From positions 12,868 through 59,642 of the forward strand of contig CAZSRV010000001.1 in NCBI GenBank assembly GCA_964609815.1: a DNA stretch of 46,775 bases, given 5' to 3'. Position 1 is the first letter of the stretch; each line of letters begins with the position of its first letter. Of this stretch, positions 27,789-36,763 are shown in pieces. This stretch comes from an uncultured Candidatus Saccharibacteria bacterium (GTDB taxonomy: Bacteria > Patescibacteriota > Saccharimonadia > Saccharimonadales > 2-12-FULL-41-12). A program made the translations under genes and the position numbers. The notes under the pieces are model-generated. The model had not been told where the DNA came from and made no database searches. It worked only from the letters and a program-made list of their open reading frames with translations.

Positions 27789-28676
27789 ATGATTAATCGA
27801 ATAACCATAGACCGTATTACTGCTTTATCGGAGCAGTACAAGAAGTTGGCAAAAGAAAAACCCGAAGCCGTGCGTATGGTAGCGTTGAGCGAAATACCAG
27901 AGATGGTATATAACAGCAACGCCATAGAGAATTCAACTTTGACACTTAAGGATACCGAAGATATTCTATTGTACGATGTTGTCAAGCGCGACCATGATAT
28001 TCGCGAGATTTATGAAGCCAAAAACCTGGCTCGTATCACCAAACAATTACTTGATAGTCCTGATCAGCCACTTTCTACCGAGCTTATATTGGACCTGCAC
28101 AAGACGTTGTTGTCTGGCATTAAAGATGAGTGGGCTGGGCGGTTCCGTAGTGGCAAAGAATGGGTGCGTGTTGGTGCGCATGTGGGCGCTAACCCAGATT
28201 TTGTAGAAGGGCTTATCGGCCAATTGGTTGATGATTACAACGCCAAAGACAGGCAGGATTTCTTGGGCAATATATCGTGGTTTCATGCCGAATTTGAGAC
28301 TATTCACCCCTTTAACGATGGCAATGGCCGACTTGGACGAGTACTGATAAATCAGCAACTTGGATTGCTTGGTTTGCCATCGGTGATTATTCCCAGCAGG
28401 GGTAAGCACACTAGCTATTATCCGGCGTTTGATTCATACAGAACTACTGGCAAGTTTGACGAGTTTACCAAAATTCTGGCTGGGCTACTTGTGCAGGCAC
28501 TTTATCGGCGTATTACACTACTGTCTTCGCCAAAGATAACTACTGTAAGTGAGTGGGCAAAGGCTAATGGTGTGGCAGGTAATGTCGCTACCAACAGGGC
28601 TGTGCGTGGTACGATTCCTGCTTTTCATCTGCGTGGTAAATGGATGATTGCCGAGGACTACAAAGAAAAAGATTAG
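27789..28676 (+). CDS. Fic-family protein, class II (intramolecular inhibitory helix)
   Basis: Fic motif HPFNDGNGRLGR and an N-terminal inhibitory motif SNAIEN that fits (S/T)xxxE(G/N). The ATG at 27789 is preferred because the longer track ORF would start inside the inverted repeat. Confidence 0.88.
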   Translation: MINRITIDRITALSEQYKKLAKEKPEAVRMVALSEIPEMVYNSNAIENSTLTLKDTEDILLYDVVKRDHDIREIYEAKNLARITKQLLDSPDQPLSTELILDLHKTLLSGIKDEWAGRFRSGKEWVRVGAHVGANPDFVEGLIGQLVDDYNAKDRQDFLGNISWFHAEFETIHPFNDGNGRLGRVLINQQLGLLGLPSVIIPSRGKHTSYYPAFDSYRTTGKFDEFTKILAGLLVQALYRRITLLSSPKITTVSEWAKANGVAGNVATNRAVRGTIPAFHLRGKWMIAEDYKEKD

Positions 28677-28692
28677 TGGTGATACAGGAAAG

Positions 28693-28719
28693 GGGGGTGG
28701 TACAAATTGTACCGCCCCC
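28693..28719. other. 27-bp near-perfect palindrome downstream of fic
   Basis: GGGGGTGGTACAA-A-TTGTACCGCCCCC has 13-nt arms with one G-T position. Confidence 0.6.
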
Positions 28720-28756
28720 TTGACCTAAAGTCCGAAACTACTAGTGGTGTGGCTTA

Positions 28757-28790
28757 GTCTTGCTGATGTGCAAGACCCTGTCTTTTTATT
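28757..28790 (+). terminator. Rho-independent terminator upstream of alaS
   Basis: GTCTTGC-TGATGT-GCAAGAC followed by CCTGTCTTTTTATT. Confidence 0.6.
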
Positions 28791-28863
28791 ATATCACACA
28801 ATGCTTATGCTTGTCAAGTATGATTTGCCGAAAGCACTTTGTTTTTAGTATAATTCATCAGAT

Positions 28864-30804
28864 ATGACAGCACAGGAAATCCGCCAGAAGTATATTAGCT
28901 ATTTGCAGGCCAAAGGCCACGAGGTTATTCCTAGAGCGCCACTAGTACCGTTAAATGACCCTAGTACGCTATTTACTGGTAGTGGTATGCAGCCACTTAT
29001 ACCGTACTTGCTGGGTGAGGACCACCCAGAGGGGACAAGGTTAGTTAATAGCCAACCGTGTCTGAGAGCTCAGGATATAGATGAAGTTGGCGATAATCGT
29101 CATACGACGTTCTTTGAGATGCTGGGCAACTGGAGTTTGGGTGATTACTTTAAGGTAGAACAGTTAACGACGTTTTGGGAATTTATGACCAAAGAGATTG
29201 GTCTGGATCCGGAGCGAATTTATGTAACGTGTTATAGTGGTAATGAGTCTGCTGGCATACCCAAAGATACAGAAAGTGCCGAAATCTGGAAAGTATTGTT
29301 CGCAAATGCCGGCATAGAAGCTAAAGAGACTGAAATTGGCACTGAAGAAGCTGGTGCAGAAAAAGGCATGGGCGGTGGACGGATATTTTATTATGGCGAT
29401 AAAAACTGGTGGTGTCGGGCTGGCAAGGCCGAAAATATGCCGACGGGCGAACCCGGTGGTCCGGATAGCGAGGTATTTTATTTGTTCCCGGGTGTGCAGC
29501 ATGACCCAAAATGGGGCCAGAACTGTCATGTAAACTGTGATTGTGGCCGATTTATTGAGCTAGGCAACTCAGTATTTATGGAGTATATAAAGACAGCTGA
29601 TGGGTTTGATAAATTACCCAAGCAAAACGTAGATTTTGGTGGTGGCTTGGAGCGAATAGCAGCTGCTAGTATAGATGATCCTGACGTTTTCAAAATTAGT
29701 TTGCTATGGCCGGTGATTGCCGAGATTGAGCAGGCTAGCGGCAAAAATTATGACAGTCACACCGAGAGTATGCGAGTGATAGCTGATCATCTGCGTGGAG
29801 CAGTATTTTTGGCCGCCGATGGCGTAGAACCTAGTAATAAGGAGCAGGGTTATGTAATGCGCAGGCTGATGCGCCGAGCGATTAGGTTTGCTTTTGAACT
29901 GGGGGTTGCTGACGGTATGTGCGAGCGTTTGGCGCCGATTATAATTGATGTTTATGCAGATGATTATGAAGAAGTAAAAAATCAACGCCAAAAAATAACT
30001 GATATTTTGGTGCGTGAAGAGAGATTATTCCGCGAGACTTTGCGCAAAGGTTTGCGTGAATTTGGCAAAATTGCGTCTATAAAATATATTAGCGGAGAGG
30101 ATTCACCAGGTGTTGGTGCAGTTATGTTCGGAAGAGAAATATTTAAGCTCTATGATACTTATGGTTTTCCTCTTGAAATGATTTTAGAAGAAGCCGTAAA
30201 ACGTCAAATAAGTTTAGAAGAAAACTGGCGTGAGATGTATGAGTTTGAAATGAATGCACAGAGGGATCGTAGTCGAACGGCTGGTAAGGGCGTATTCAAG
30301 GGTGGGCTAGCTGACCATTCAGCCGAAACAACTAGGTTACACACAGCACACCACTTGTTGCTCAGGGCATTAAAGGATGTTTTGGGCGACCAAGTAGTTC
30401 AGCGTGGTAGTAATATAACCGCCGAGCGTCTGAGAATTGATTTTAATCACCCGGAAAAAGTTCAGCGTGATGTGTTGGATAAAATAGAAGAGATTGTTAA
30501 TCAAAAGATTAATGAAGATTTGCCTGTGATTCGGAGTGAGATGGACCGCGCGCAAGCCGAACAACTGAATGCCGAACGTGAATTTGGAGCTAAATACCCT
30601 GATAAAGTATCGGTTTATTCGGTTGGTCCAGAGGGCGCTACAGATGATGACCCTAAACATGAACAGGCTTATAGTATAGAATTTTGTGGTGGGCCGCATG
30701 TGGGTCATACTGCCGAGCTGGCAACAGATGGTAAGCGGTTTGTGATCACCAAAGAAGAAGCTTCGTCTGCTGGTGTTCGGCGAATAAAAGCTGTTCTGAA
30801 GTAG
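28864..30804 (+). CDS. alaS: Alanine--tRNA ligase, short form ending after the editing domain
   Basis: N-terminus QEIRQKYISYLQAKGHEVIPRAPLVP, then FTGSGMQP and CGRFIELGNSVFMEY. Editing-site motifs HTAHHLL and CGGPHV are present. The protein ends at residue 646. Confidence 0.93.
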   Translation: MTAQEIRQKYISYLQAKGHEVIPRAPLVPLNDPSTLFTGSGMQPLIPYLLGEDHPEGTRLVNSQPCLRAQDIDEVGDNRHTTFFEMLGNWSLGDYFKVEQLTTFWEFMTKEIGLDPERIYVTCYSGNESAGIPKDTESAEIWKVLFANAGIEAKETEIGTEEAGAEKGMGGGRIFYYGDKNWWCRAGKAENMPTGEPGGPDSEVFYLFPGVQHDPKWGQNCHVNCDCGRFIELGNSVFMEYIKTADGFDKLPKQNVDFGGGLERIAAASIDDPDVFKISLLWPVIAEIEQASGKNYDSHTESMRVIADHLRGAVFLAADGVEPSNKEQGYVMRRLMRRAIRFAFELGVADGMCERLAPIIIDVYADDYEEVKNQRQKITDILVREERLFRETLRKGLREFGKIASIKYISGEDSPGVGAVMFGREIFKLYDTYGFPLEMILEEAVKRQISLEENWREMYEFEMNAQRDRSRTAGKGVFKGGLADHSAETTRLHTAHHLLLRALKDVLGDQVVQRGSNITAERLRIDFNHPEKVQRDVLDKIEEIVNQKINEDLPVIRSEMDRAQAEQLNAEREFGAKYPDKVSVYSVGPEGATDDDPKHEQAYSIEFCGGPHVGHTAELATDGKRFVITKEEASSAGVRRIKAVLK

Positions 30805-30857
30805 CTCTCAGAGGGTTTTCATAACTATAAGTGTTAATGATATAATAGAAACTGCTT

Positions 30858-32165
30858 ATGATAAGTAAAATAAAGAAGTATAAGACACTAGCGGCTGACA
30901 AAGTTCAGTCACTTAAATCGTCTAGATCATCTAGTGACGAAAAATACTTGGTGGCGCTAGATATTGGTACAGAGTTTGTAAAAGCTTTGATTGCTAAAGT
31001 GGATGGCTCTAAGCTGGATGTGACTGGCGTAGGGCGAGTCCACCAAAAGCTGACCGATATGCAGGCTGGGGCAATCGCCGATATTGCTGGCGTAGTCAAT
31101 AATTGTAACGAAGCGCTGGGCCAGGCCGAAGAACAGGCTGGTATAAGCGTCCGAACGGCGATTGTTGGTATCGCTGGGGAGCTGGTAAAAGGTACGACTA
31201 CTACTGTACGCTGTACGCGTAAGGAGCCAAATATTGAGATTGATATTGAGGAAATGCAATATATAGTTAGATTGGTCCAGGATCGCGCATCGGAAATCGC
31301 TAAAAAGAACCTAACCTTAGAAATGGGTGGTAAGGCGCCGGATATTCGATTGGTCAACAGCGCATTGGTTAATATAACGATTGATGGGTATATAGTTACT
31401 AATCCGATTGGTTTTAAGGGGCGTGATATAGTTGTACAACTTTATACGGCGTTTGCGCCTATGATACATATTTCGGCTTTGGAGCGAGTAGCTAAGGAAC
31501 TAGACCTAGACCTGTTAGCTGTAGCGGCTGAGCCGTTTGCGGTAGCTAGGTCAGTGATTGGTGATGACCCAAATGCCAGTATGAGTGCTGTGCTGATGGA
31601 TCTTGGTGGTGGTACAACCGATATCGCAGTGGTTAATGAAGGCGGTGTGCAAGGCACCAAGATGTTTGGTATTGGCGGCCGAGCTTTTACTAAATCTATT
31701 GAGCGTGAGCTAGGGGTTGATTTTGAGGCGGCTGAGAAATACAAACTGGGCGAGACAGAAGGTGAGCTGAATGCTAAGCGCAATGATCAGGTTCAGTCTG
31801 CGCTAGACAGAACGTCTGATGTTTGGATATCAGGGGTAGAACTAGCGCTAAGTGAGTTTAATGATCTAGATAATATTCCACACCAAATATTGCTTTGCGG
31901 TGGCGGTGCCGGGCTGGAAAATATCCATCACGCTCTGAATGAAACTAACTGGTATAAGGATCTGCCATTTACGCGCAAACCAAATATCGCTTTTATAACA
32001 CCTGACCAGGTGGTTGGTATAAGCGACAGTAGTGGTAATGTGTCTGACCATACCTATATTACGGCTATGGGTTTGTTGCGCGTTGGACTTGATACGATTA
32101 ATCAAACAAATAGCGATGACAAAGCGGGATTAAAAGGAAAATTTGATAAACTATTAAGAGTTTAG
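30858..32165 (+). CDS. ftsA: Cell division protein FtsA (actin-like ATPase)
   Basis: Phosphate-1 motif ALDIGTEFVK, phosphate-2 motif DLGGGTTDIAVV, LLCGGGAGL, and a C-terminal amphipathic helix GLKGKFDKLLRV. Confidence 0.8.
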   Translation: MISKIKKYKTLAADKVQSLKSSRSSSDEKYLVALDIGTEFVKALIAKVDGSKLDVTGVGRVHQKLTDMQAGAIADIAGVVNNCNEALGQAEEQAGISVRTAIVGIAGELVKGTTTTVRCTRKEPNIEIDIEEMQYIVRLVQDRASEIAKKNLTLEMGGKAPDIRLVNSALVNITIDGYIVTNPIGFKGRDIVVQLYTAFAPMIHISALERVAKELDLDLLAVAAEPFAVARSVIGDDPNASMSAVLMDLGGGTTDIAVVNEGGVQGTKMFGIGGRAFTKSIERELGVDFEAAEKYKLGETEGELNAKRNDQVQSALDRTSDVWISGVELALSEFNDLDNIPHQILLCGGGAGLENIHHALNETNWYKDLPFTRKPNIAFITPDQVVGISDSSGNVSDHTYITAMGLLRVGLDTINQTNSDDKAGLKGKFDKLLRV

Positions 32166-32167
32166 TT

Positions 32168-33859
32168 ATGAGTGTGCAGTCAAAATCAGCTAAAAAGACT
32201 ATATATATAGACCCCGAAGATGAAATCACGGCGGTAATTGATAAAGTTTCGTCTGCCGATCAGTCAATTATTGCGTTAGTGATACCTAAGCGAGCGCCAG
32301 TCTTTTCGTCAATTGTTAATATGAAGTTGCTCAAGCGAGCTGCTAGCCAGAATGGTAAAAATTTGGTACTTGTTACCTCGGCCCCGGCTATTTTGCCATT
32401 AGCTGGTGCTGTGGGACTACATGTAGCTTCTAATCCTAATGCCAAACCATATATTCCAGAAGACCCTAGCAAGCTAAGTGTTTCTGACGGTGAATCAGGT
32501 ACTGAGGAAACGATCAAAATTGACAATAGTAGCGCTAGTAAAGGTTCGTCTTCTGGTAGTGATAAAAAGAAGTCGTCTGACAATAAAACCGCTAAAGCCG
32601 AATCGCAAACCGACGAACCGGCTATAGAAACCCCCGAAGTTAAACCCGAAAAAGCCAAAAAACAGAAAAAACCAAAAGTACCCAACTTCAATCGCTTTAG
32701 AAAAATGATGATTGTTGGCGCTATAGTTCTAGCAGCTTTGATTAGCGGTTTGGTGTGGGCGATATTTTATGCGCCAAGGGCTACCGTTGCACTAAATGCC
32801 GAAACAACTGTCAAAGCACTAAACTTTAATGTTGATGCCGATACTTCTGTTCAGGAAGTCGATACCGAAAACTCGGTTTTGCCAGCTGTGATGAAGGAAA
32901 TAAAGAAAACTGAAACTGCTAAAGTCGCAGCTAGTGGCCAAAGGGACAAAGGCAATAAAGCTTCGGGCTCGGTTACTATGCGAAATTGTAGTGATAATGA
33001 TGTGGTTATCCCAGCTGGTACAGGTGTAAGTGCTAATAATCTAACATTTATTACCCAGAGTGCAGTTTCTTTGGGGGCTGGTGATTTTACTAGTAGTGGC
33101 CAGTGCAAGCCTTCTTCGCCATCCAAAGAAGTAGATGTTATTGCCCAAGAAGCTGGCGACAAATACAACATAAGTAGTCGCTCATTTACCGTTAGTGGTG
33201 CATCTGGCATTCGGGCTACAGGCTCGGATATGACTGGTGGCACCAGCCAAATTGTAAAAGTAGTAACTAGTGGTGATATAGAATCTGCCAAGCGGCAGAT
33301 TACTGACCAGCAAAACGGTGTAGCTGACCAAATAGCTGGCGAATTGTCAGCCCAGGATATGATTGTTCTGAAGGATACTTTTGTGGTAACTAACGGCGAA
33401 TTTTCGGCTACGCCAAGCGCTGATAGCGAGGCAAATGAAGCCGTAGTGACCGTTAATGCTACTTATTCTATGTTGGGTATAAAAAAATCTGATTTACGTC
33501 AGATCGTTGAGGCGCAGGCTTATAAAAATGGTGTAGATAAAGATCGTCAGTCTATTATCAAAGATGGCATTGATGGTGCAGTTTACAAGATTGGTGCTAC
33601 TACCAAAACTTCTACCAGTATCAATGTGTCTGTAAATGTCGAAGCTGGTCCACAGTTAGACCATCAGCGCATAAAAGACGAAATAAAAGGCAAAAAATCA
33701 GGTGAGGCCGAGCAGATAATGCTAAAATGGCCAGGTATTAAGGAAGCTAGAGTAGAGACTAGTCCGTTCTGGAATAGTAAAATACCAGGTAATACAAACA
33801 GGATTACAATTACAGTTAATGGCACAGACCAATCAGATCAAAATGACCAAACCCCATGA
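32168..33859 (+). CDS. Bitopic membrane protein of unknown function (563 aa)
   Basis: The start is 2 nt after the ftsA stop. It has a cytoplasmic roughly 100-aa domain, a Ser/Lys-rich linker, one TM helix (MMIVGAIVLAALISGLVWAIFYA) and a roughly 370-aa external domain. Confidence 0.75.
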   Translation: MSVQSKSAKKTIYIDPEDEITAVIDKVSSADQSIIALVIPKRAPVFSSIVNMKLLKRAASQNGKNLVLVTSAPAILPLAGAVGLHVASNPNAKPYIPEDPSKLSVSDGESGTEETIKIDNSSASKGSSSGSDKKKSSDNKTAKAESQTDEPAIETPEVKPEKAKKQKKPKVPNFNRFRKMMIVGAIVLAALISGLVWAIFYAPRATVALNAETTVKALNFNVDADTSVQEVDTENSVLPAVMKEIKKTETAKVAASGQRDKGNKASGSVTMRNCSDNDVVIPAGTGVSANNLTFITQSAVSLGAGDFTSSGQCKPSSPSKEVDVIAQEAGDKYNISSRSFTVSGASGIRATGSDMTGGTSQIVKVVTSGDIESAKRQITDQQNGVADQIAGELSAQDMIVLKDTFVVTNGEFSATPSADSEANEAVVTVNATYSMLGIKKSDLRQIVEAQAYKNGVDKDRQSIIKDGIDGAVYKIGATTKTSTSINVSVNVEAGPQLDHQRIKDEIKGKKSGEAEQIMLKWPGIKEARVETSPFWNSKIPGNTNRITITVNGTDQSDQNDQTP

Positions 33860-34262
33860 TCAAAATGGTGATATATTAGCCTTGGATTATGGCGATGCCC
33901 GTGTGGGCGTAGCTAGGGCTAGTTTGATCGCGCGTTTGCCGGAGCCTTTGCCGATTATTATTAATGACAATCAGCTATTTGATAATATCAAGGAGTTAGT
34001 GGCTAGTAATAATGTTAGCTTGATAGTCGTGGGCCTGCCCTATAATAGCTATGGGCAGTCAACTTCTCAGACTGATAAGATACGAAAATTTGCTGACGAG
34101 TTAGCGCTTAAAACAGGGCTAATGGTAGAGTTTGCTGATGAATCGCTGACATCCGTTGACGCTGATACTTTCTTGCACAGCCAAAAAACGTTAAAATATG
34201 ACCAAGATTCGATAGCAGCTTGCTATATATTAGAAGAGTATTTTCGGCAAAATAAAAATTAA
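33843..34262 (+). CDS. ruvX: Holliday-junction resolvase-like / pre-16S rRNA nuclease (YqgF family)
   Basis: ILALDYGDARVGVA N-terminal motif and LIVVGLP. The start could be 33819 or 33843; both overlap the upstream gene. Confidence 0.8.
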   Translation: MTKPHDQNGDILALDYGDARVGVARASLIARLPEPLPIIINDNQLFDNIKELVASNNVSLIVVGLPYNSYGQSTSQTDKIRKFADELALKTGLMVEFADESLTSVDADTFLHSQKTLKYDQDSIAACYILEEYFRQNKN

Positions 34263-34278
34263 ATGTTAGGATAAGGGT

Positions 34279-35301
34279 ATGGGGAATAATTATCACAAGA
34301 GGTCACAAAATAGGTTCTTGAAGTTTGTATTGTATTTTTTAGTGACAGTTATTTTGTTTAGTGTAGTTGGAGTATTTTTCCTAAAAAGGAGTTATGATCG
34401 TAATCTTTTGCCAGTTAGTAATGTTTCGCGCAAAGTTCCGATTACGGTTAAGCAGGGCGAAACTACTTCGCAAATAGCTACCGATTTAAAATCTAATAAT
34501 TTAATCAGGAGTACATGGGCGTTTGAAGTTTATATGCGCATAAATAGGAGTAGTAGCACCATACAGGCTGGTACTTATGCCGTAAACCAAAACCAATCAG
34601 TCCCAGAAATCGTTAAAATGTTTACAAATGGTGAAGTTTCTACAGAGTATATTACAATTTTGCCTGGCAAGACTCTGGAACAAATAAAAAATAGCTTTAT
34701 AGAAAGTGGTTATAGCTCTAGTGAGGTGGTGGCTGCTCTGGACCCATCGCAGTACGCTGGTCATCCGGCATTATCTGAAAAACCAGCCGATGCTAGTCTG
34801 GAAGGTTATTTGTATCCAGAAACCTTCCAGAAGACAGCTAGTACTAGTCTAAAAGATGTAGTAAAAATGTCTCTGGATGAAATGAATAAACATTTAACAG
34901 ATGAGATCAAGGCCGGATTTAAGCGCCAAAATCTGACAGTTCACCAGGCTTTAACTTTGGCTTCTATAGTCCAAAATGAGGTTCATGAACCAAATGATAG
35001 TGCTCAAGTAGCTCAAGTTTTCTTAAAGAGATTGTCTATTGGCATGAAGTTAGAATCAAATGCTACAGATAAATATGCTGAAGCTAATCCAGAGTATGAT
35101 ACTTATAGTATCCCAGGATTACCGCCAGGCCCGATTAGTAACATGCTTGATGTGTCTATTAGGGCGGTAGCCTTCCCGGCTAGCACTGATTGGCTGTTCT
35201 TTGTGTCGGGTGATGATGACAAGACGTATTTTTCAAAGACATCAGAAGAGCATACAGAGCTAGTTCGCCAGCATTGTCAGCAAAAATGTACACCGCACTA
35301 A
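34279..35301 (+). CDS. mltG: Endolytic murein transglycosylase (YceG-like)
   Basis: N-terminal TM helix, LysM-like lobe, LTLASIVQNE and YDTYSIPGLPPGPISN. Confidence 0.88.
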   Translation: MGNNYHKRSQNRFLKFVLYFLVTVILFSVVGVFFLKRSYDRNLLPVSNVSRKVPITVKQGETTSQIATDLKSNNLIRSTWAFEVYMRINRSSSTIQAGTYAVNQNQSVPEIVKMFTNGEVSTEYITILPGKTLEQIKNSFIESGYSSSEVVAALDPSQYAGHPALSEKPADASLEGYLYPETFQKTASTSLKDVVKMSLDEMNKHLTDEIKAGFKRQNLTVHQALTLASIVQNEVHEPNDSAQVAQVFLKRLSIGMKLESNATDKYAEANPEYDTYSIPGLPPGPISNMLDVSIRAVAFPASTDWLFFVSGDDDKTYFSKTSEEHTELVRQHCQQKCTPH

Positions 35302-35336
35302 CAGGGGTGGCGCTAGATTTTATGATTTTACAAGCT

Positions 35337-35368
35337 AACAGGGGTAGGGAATATTTACTACCCCTGTT
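35337..35368 (+). terminator. Hairpin after mltG
   Basis: AACAGGGGTAG-GGAATATTTA-CTACCCCTGTT forms an 11-bp stem. The downstream T tract is weak. Confidence 0.5.
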
Positions 35369-35536
35369 ATTGCTAGGGTTATAAGTACTTGATTCATATT
35401 TCAAAAATTGGTAAAATAAGCATTACAGTATCAAAACATTTATTAGTCAAATATCTGTACTTTGATGTTGTCCTGAATAAGCATAGTAAATTAGTTCTTT
35501 TATTAAATATTAAATAAACGTGCTTGGACAGGTGCA

Positions 35537-35555
35537 GTTTGCAGAGTCTGCAAAC
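35537..35555. promoter_or_regulatory. 19-bp perfect palindrome abutting the Shine-Dalgarno sequence of the LysM-CHAP gene
   Basis: GTTTGCAGA-G-TCTGCAAAC, followed directly by AGGAGA (35556-35561). Confidence 0.5.
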
Positions 35556-35566
35556 AGGAGAGCTTT

Positions 35567-36733
35567 ATTCGTAACTTAGGCACAATTGCTGGTTCGGCGG
35601 CCAAGGCCAAACAGATCGGTAATTTAAGAAAAAGGTCTTCACGGACCAAGATTCTGAAACTTAAGAGTAGGACTCGCCGTCGTCTTATTAGGTATTCGAT
35701 TTTAACAGCCAACCTTGCTTTAGTAGCAGTTGTTGGCTTATTTTTTGTAGGTATTAATCGTACATCTGGCGCTGGAGCCAGTATGTCTCAGAGCCAATCA
35801 GTCCTTACTCAACAAACCCAAGAGGTCAGACTGCTTGATAGTCTGTCATCGGCTGACGTAGCGGTTCATATTGCTAGGATAACCGGGATGGCCGAATCTA
35901 CAGCTGTGGTTAATAAGGCTGACACGGTTAGTGCTCAGCTAGCTATAGCTTCTAGTGAAGACAGTGTAGTGGCTAAGCCTCAAATTGTTGGTGCTGGTCT
36001 GAAGTCTAAAAAAGACATCAAACGCTATACGACTGTTGAAGGCGATACTATAGCGTCATTGTCTAATAAATTTGGAATTAACCAGGATACTATTAGGGTA
36101 TCGAACAATTTAGCTGGTGATGCTTTGACGCCTGGCAAGGAATTATTAATTAGTCCAATAAATGGCATCGTCTATGTTGTTAAAGATGGCGATACACCAA
36201 ATTCACTAGCTAGTAAATATAATGCTAGCGCTCAGAATATAATTATCTTTAATGACGCCGAGTCAACTGGCCAGCTTATAGTCGGTGACACAATTGTGAT
36301 TCCTGATGGTGTTGCTCCATCTGTGCCTGTAGTGGCCACTTCATCTAGATCAGTAGCTGGATCATATTCGGCTGGGTTTGCTTTTGGTACATCTGCAATA
36401 TATAGCGCCAACGGTTATGACTTTGGTTGGTGTACTTGGCACGCTGCTAATCGTCGTAAAGAAATTGGTCGTCCAATTCCAAGTAATTTAGGCAATGCCA
36501 TTTCTTGGCTGCCAGTAGCTAGAGGTGCTGGTTTGCCAACTGGTAATGTTCCTCAGCCAGGTGCTGTAGTTTATCATAAAAATATTGGTGGACTGGGACA
36601 TGTGGCATTTGTAGAAAATGTTTACGAAGATGGTAGTGCGCTATTCTCTGATATGAACTATCCGATTTGGGGCAAAGTCACGTATCGTACTGTTCCGGCA
36701 TCCGAGATGGGTAATTACGCCTTTATTTATTAA
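35567..36733 (+). CDS. LysM-LysM-CHAP peptidoglycan hydrolase with N-terminal signal anchor; probable ATT start
   Basis: Two LysM repeats (YTTVEGDTIASLSNKFGI, YVVKDGDTPNSLASKYNA) and a CHAP domain (GWCTWHAANRR...GLGHVAFVE). The frame is open from 35507 and encodes RKRSSRTKILKLKSRTRRRLIRYS plus the TM helix ILTANLALVAVVGLFFVGI upstream of the first ATG (35783). The only codon in this frame with a Shine-Dalgarno sequence is ATT at 35567. Confidence 0.6.
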   Translation: MRNLGTIAGSAAKAKQIGNLRKRSSRTKILKLKSRTRRRLIRYSILTANLALVAVVGLFFVGINRTSGAGASMSQSQSVLTQQTQEVRLLDSLSSADVAVHIARITGMAESTAVVNKADTVSAQLAIASSEDSVVAKPQIVGAGLKSKKDIKRYTTVEGDTIASLSNKFGINQDTIRVSNNLAGDALTPGKELLISPINGIVYVVKDGDTPNSLASKYNASAQNIIIFNDAESTGQLIVGDTIVIPDGVAPSVPVVATSSRSVAGSYSAGFAFGTSAIYSANGYDFGWCTWHAANRRKEIGRPIPSNLGNAISWLPVARGAGLPTGNVPQPGAVVYHKNIGGLGHVAFVENVYEDGSALFSDMNYPIWGKVTYRTVPASEMGNYAFIY

Positions 36734-36763
36734 ACAGGCGCTCATCTGTTAAACTAGTTATAT

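Noticed and set aside
35503-35712. 69-aa minus-strand ORF upstream of the LysM-CHAP gene.
   Set aside because: It is antisense to an open plus-strand frame that encodes a convincing basic stretch plus a TM signal anchor continuous with the hydrolase.
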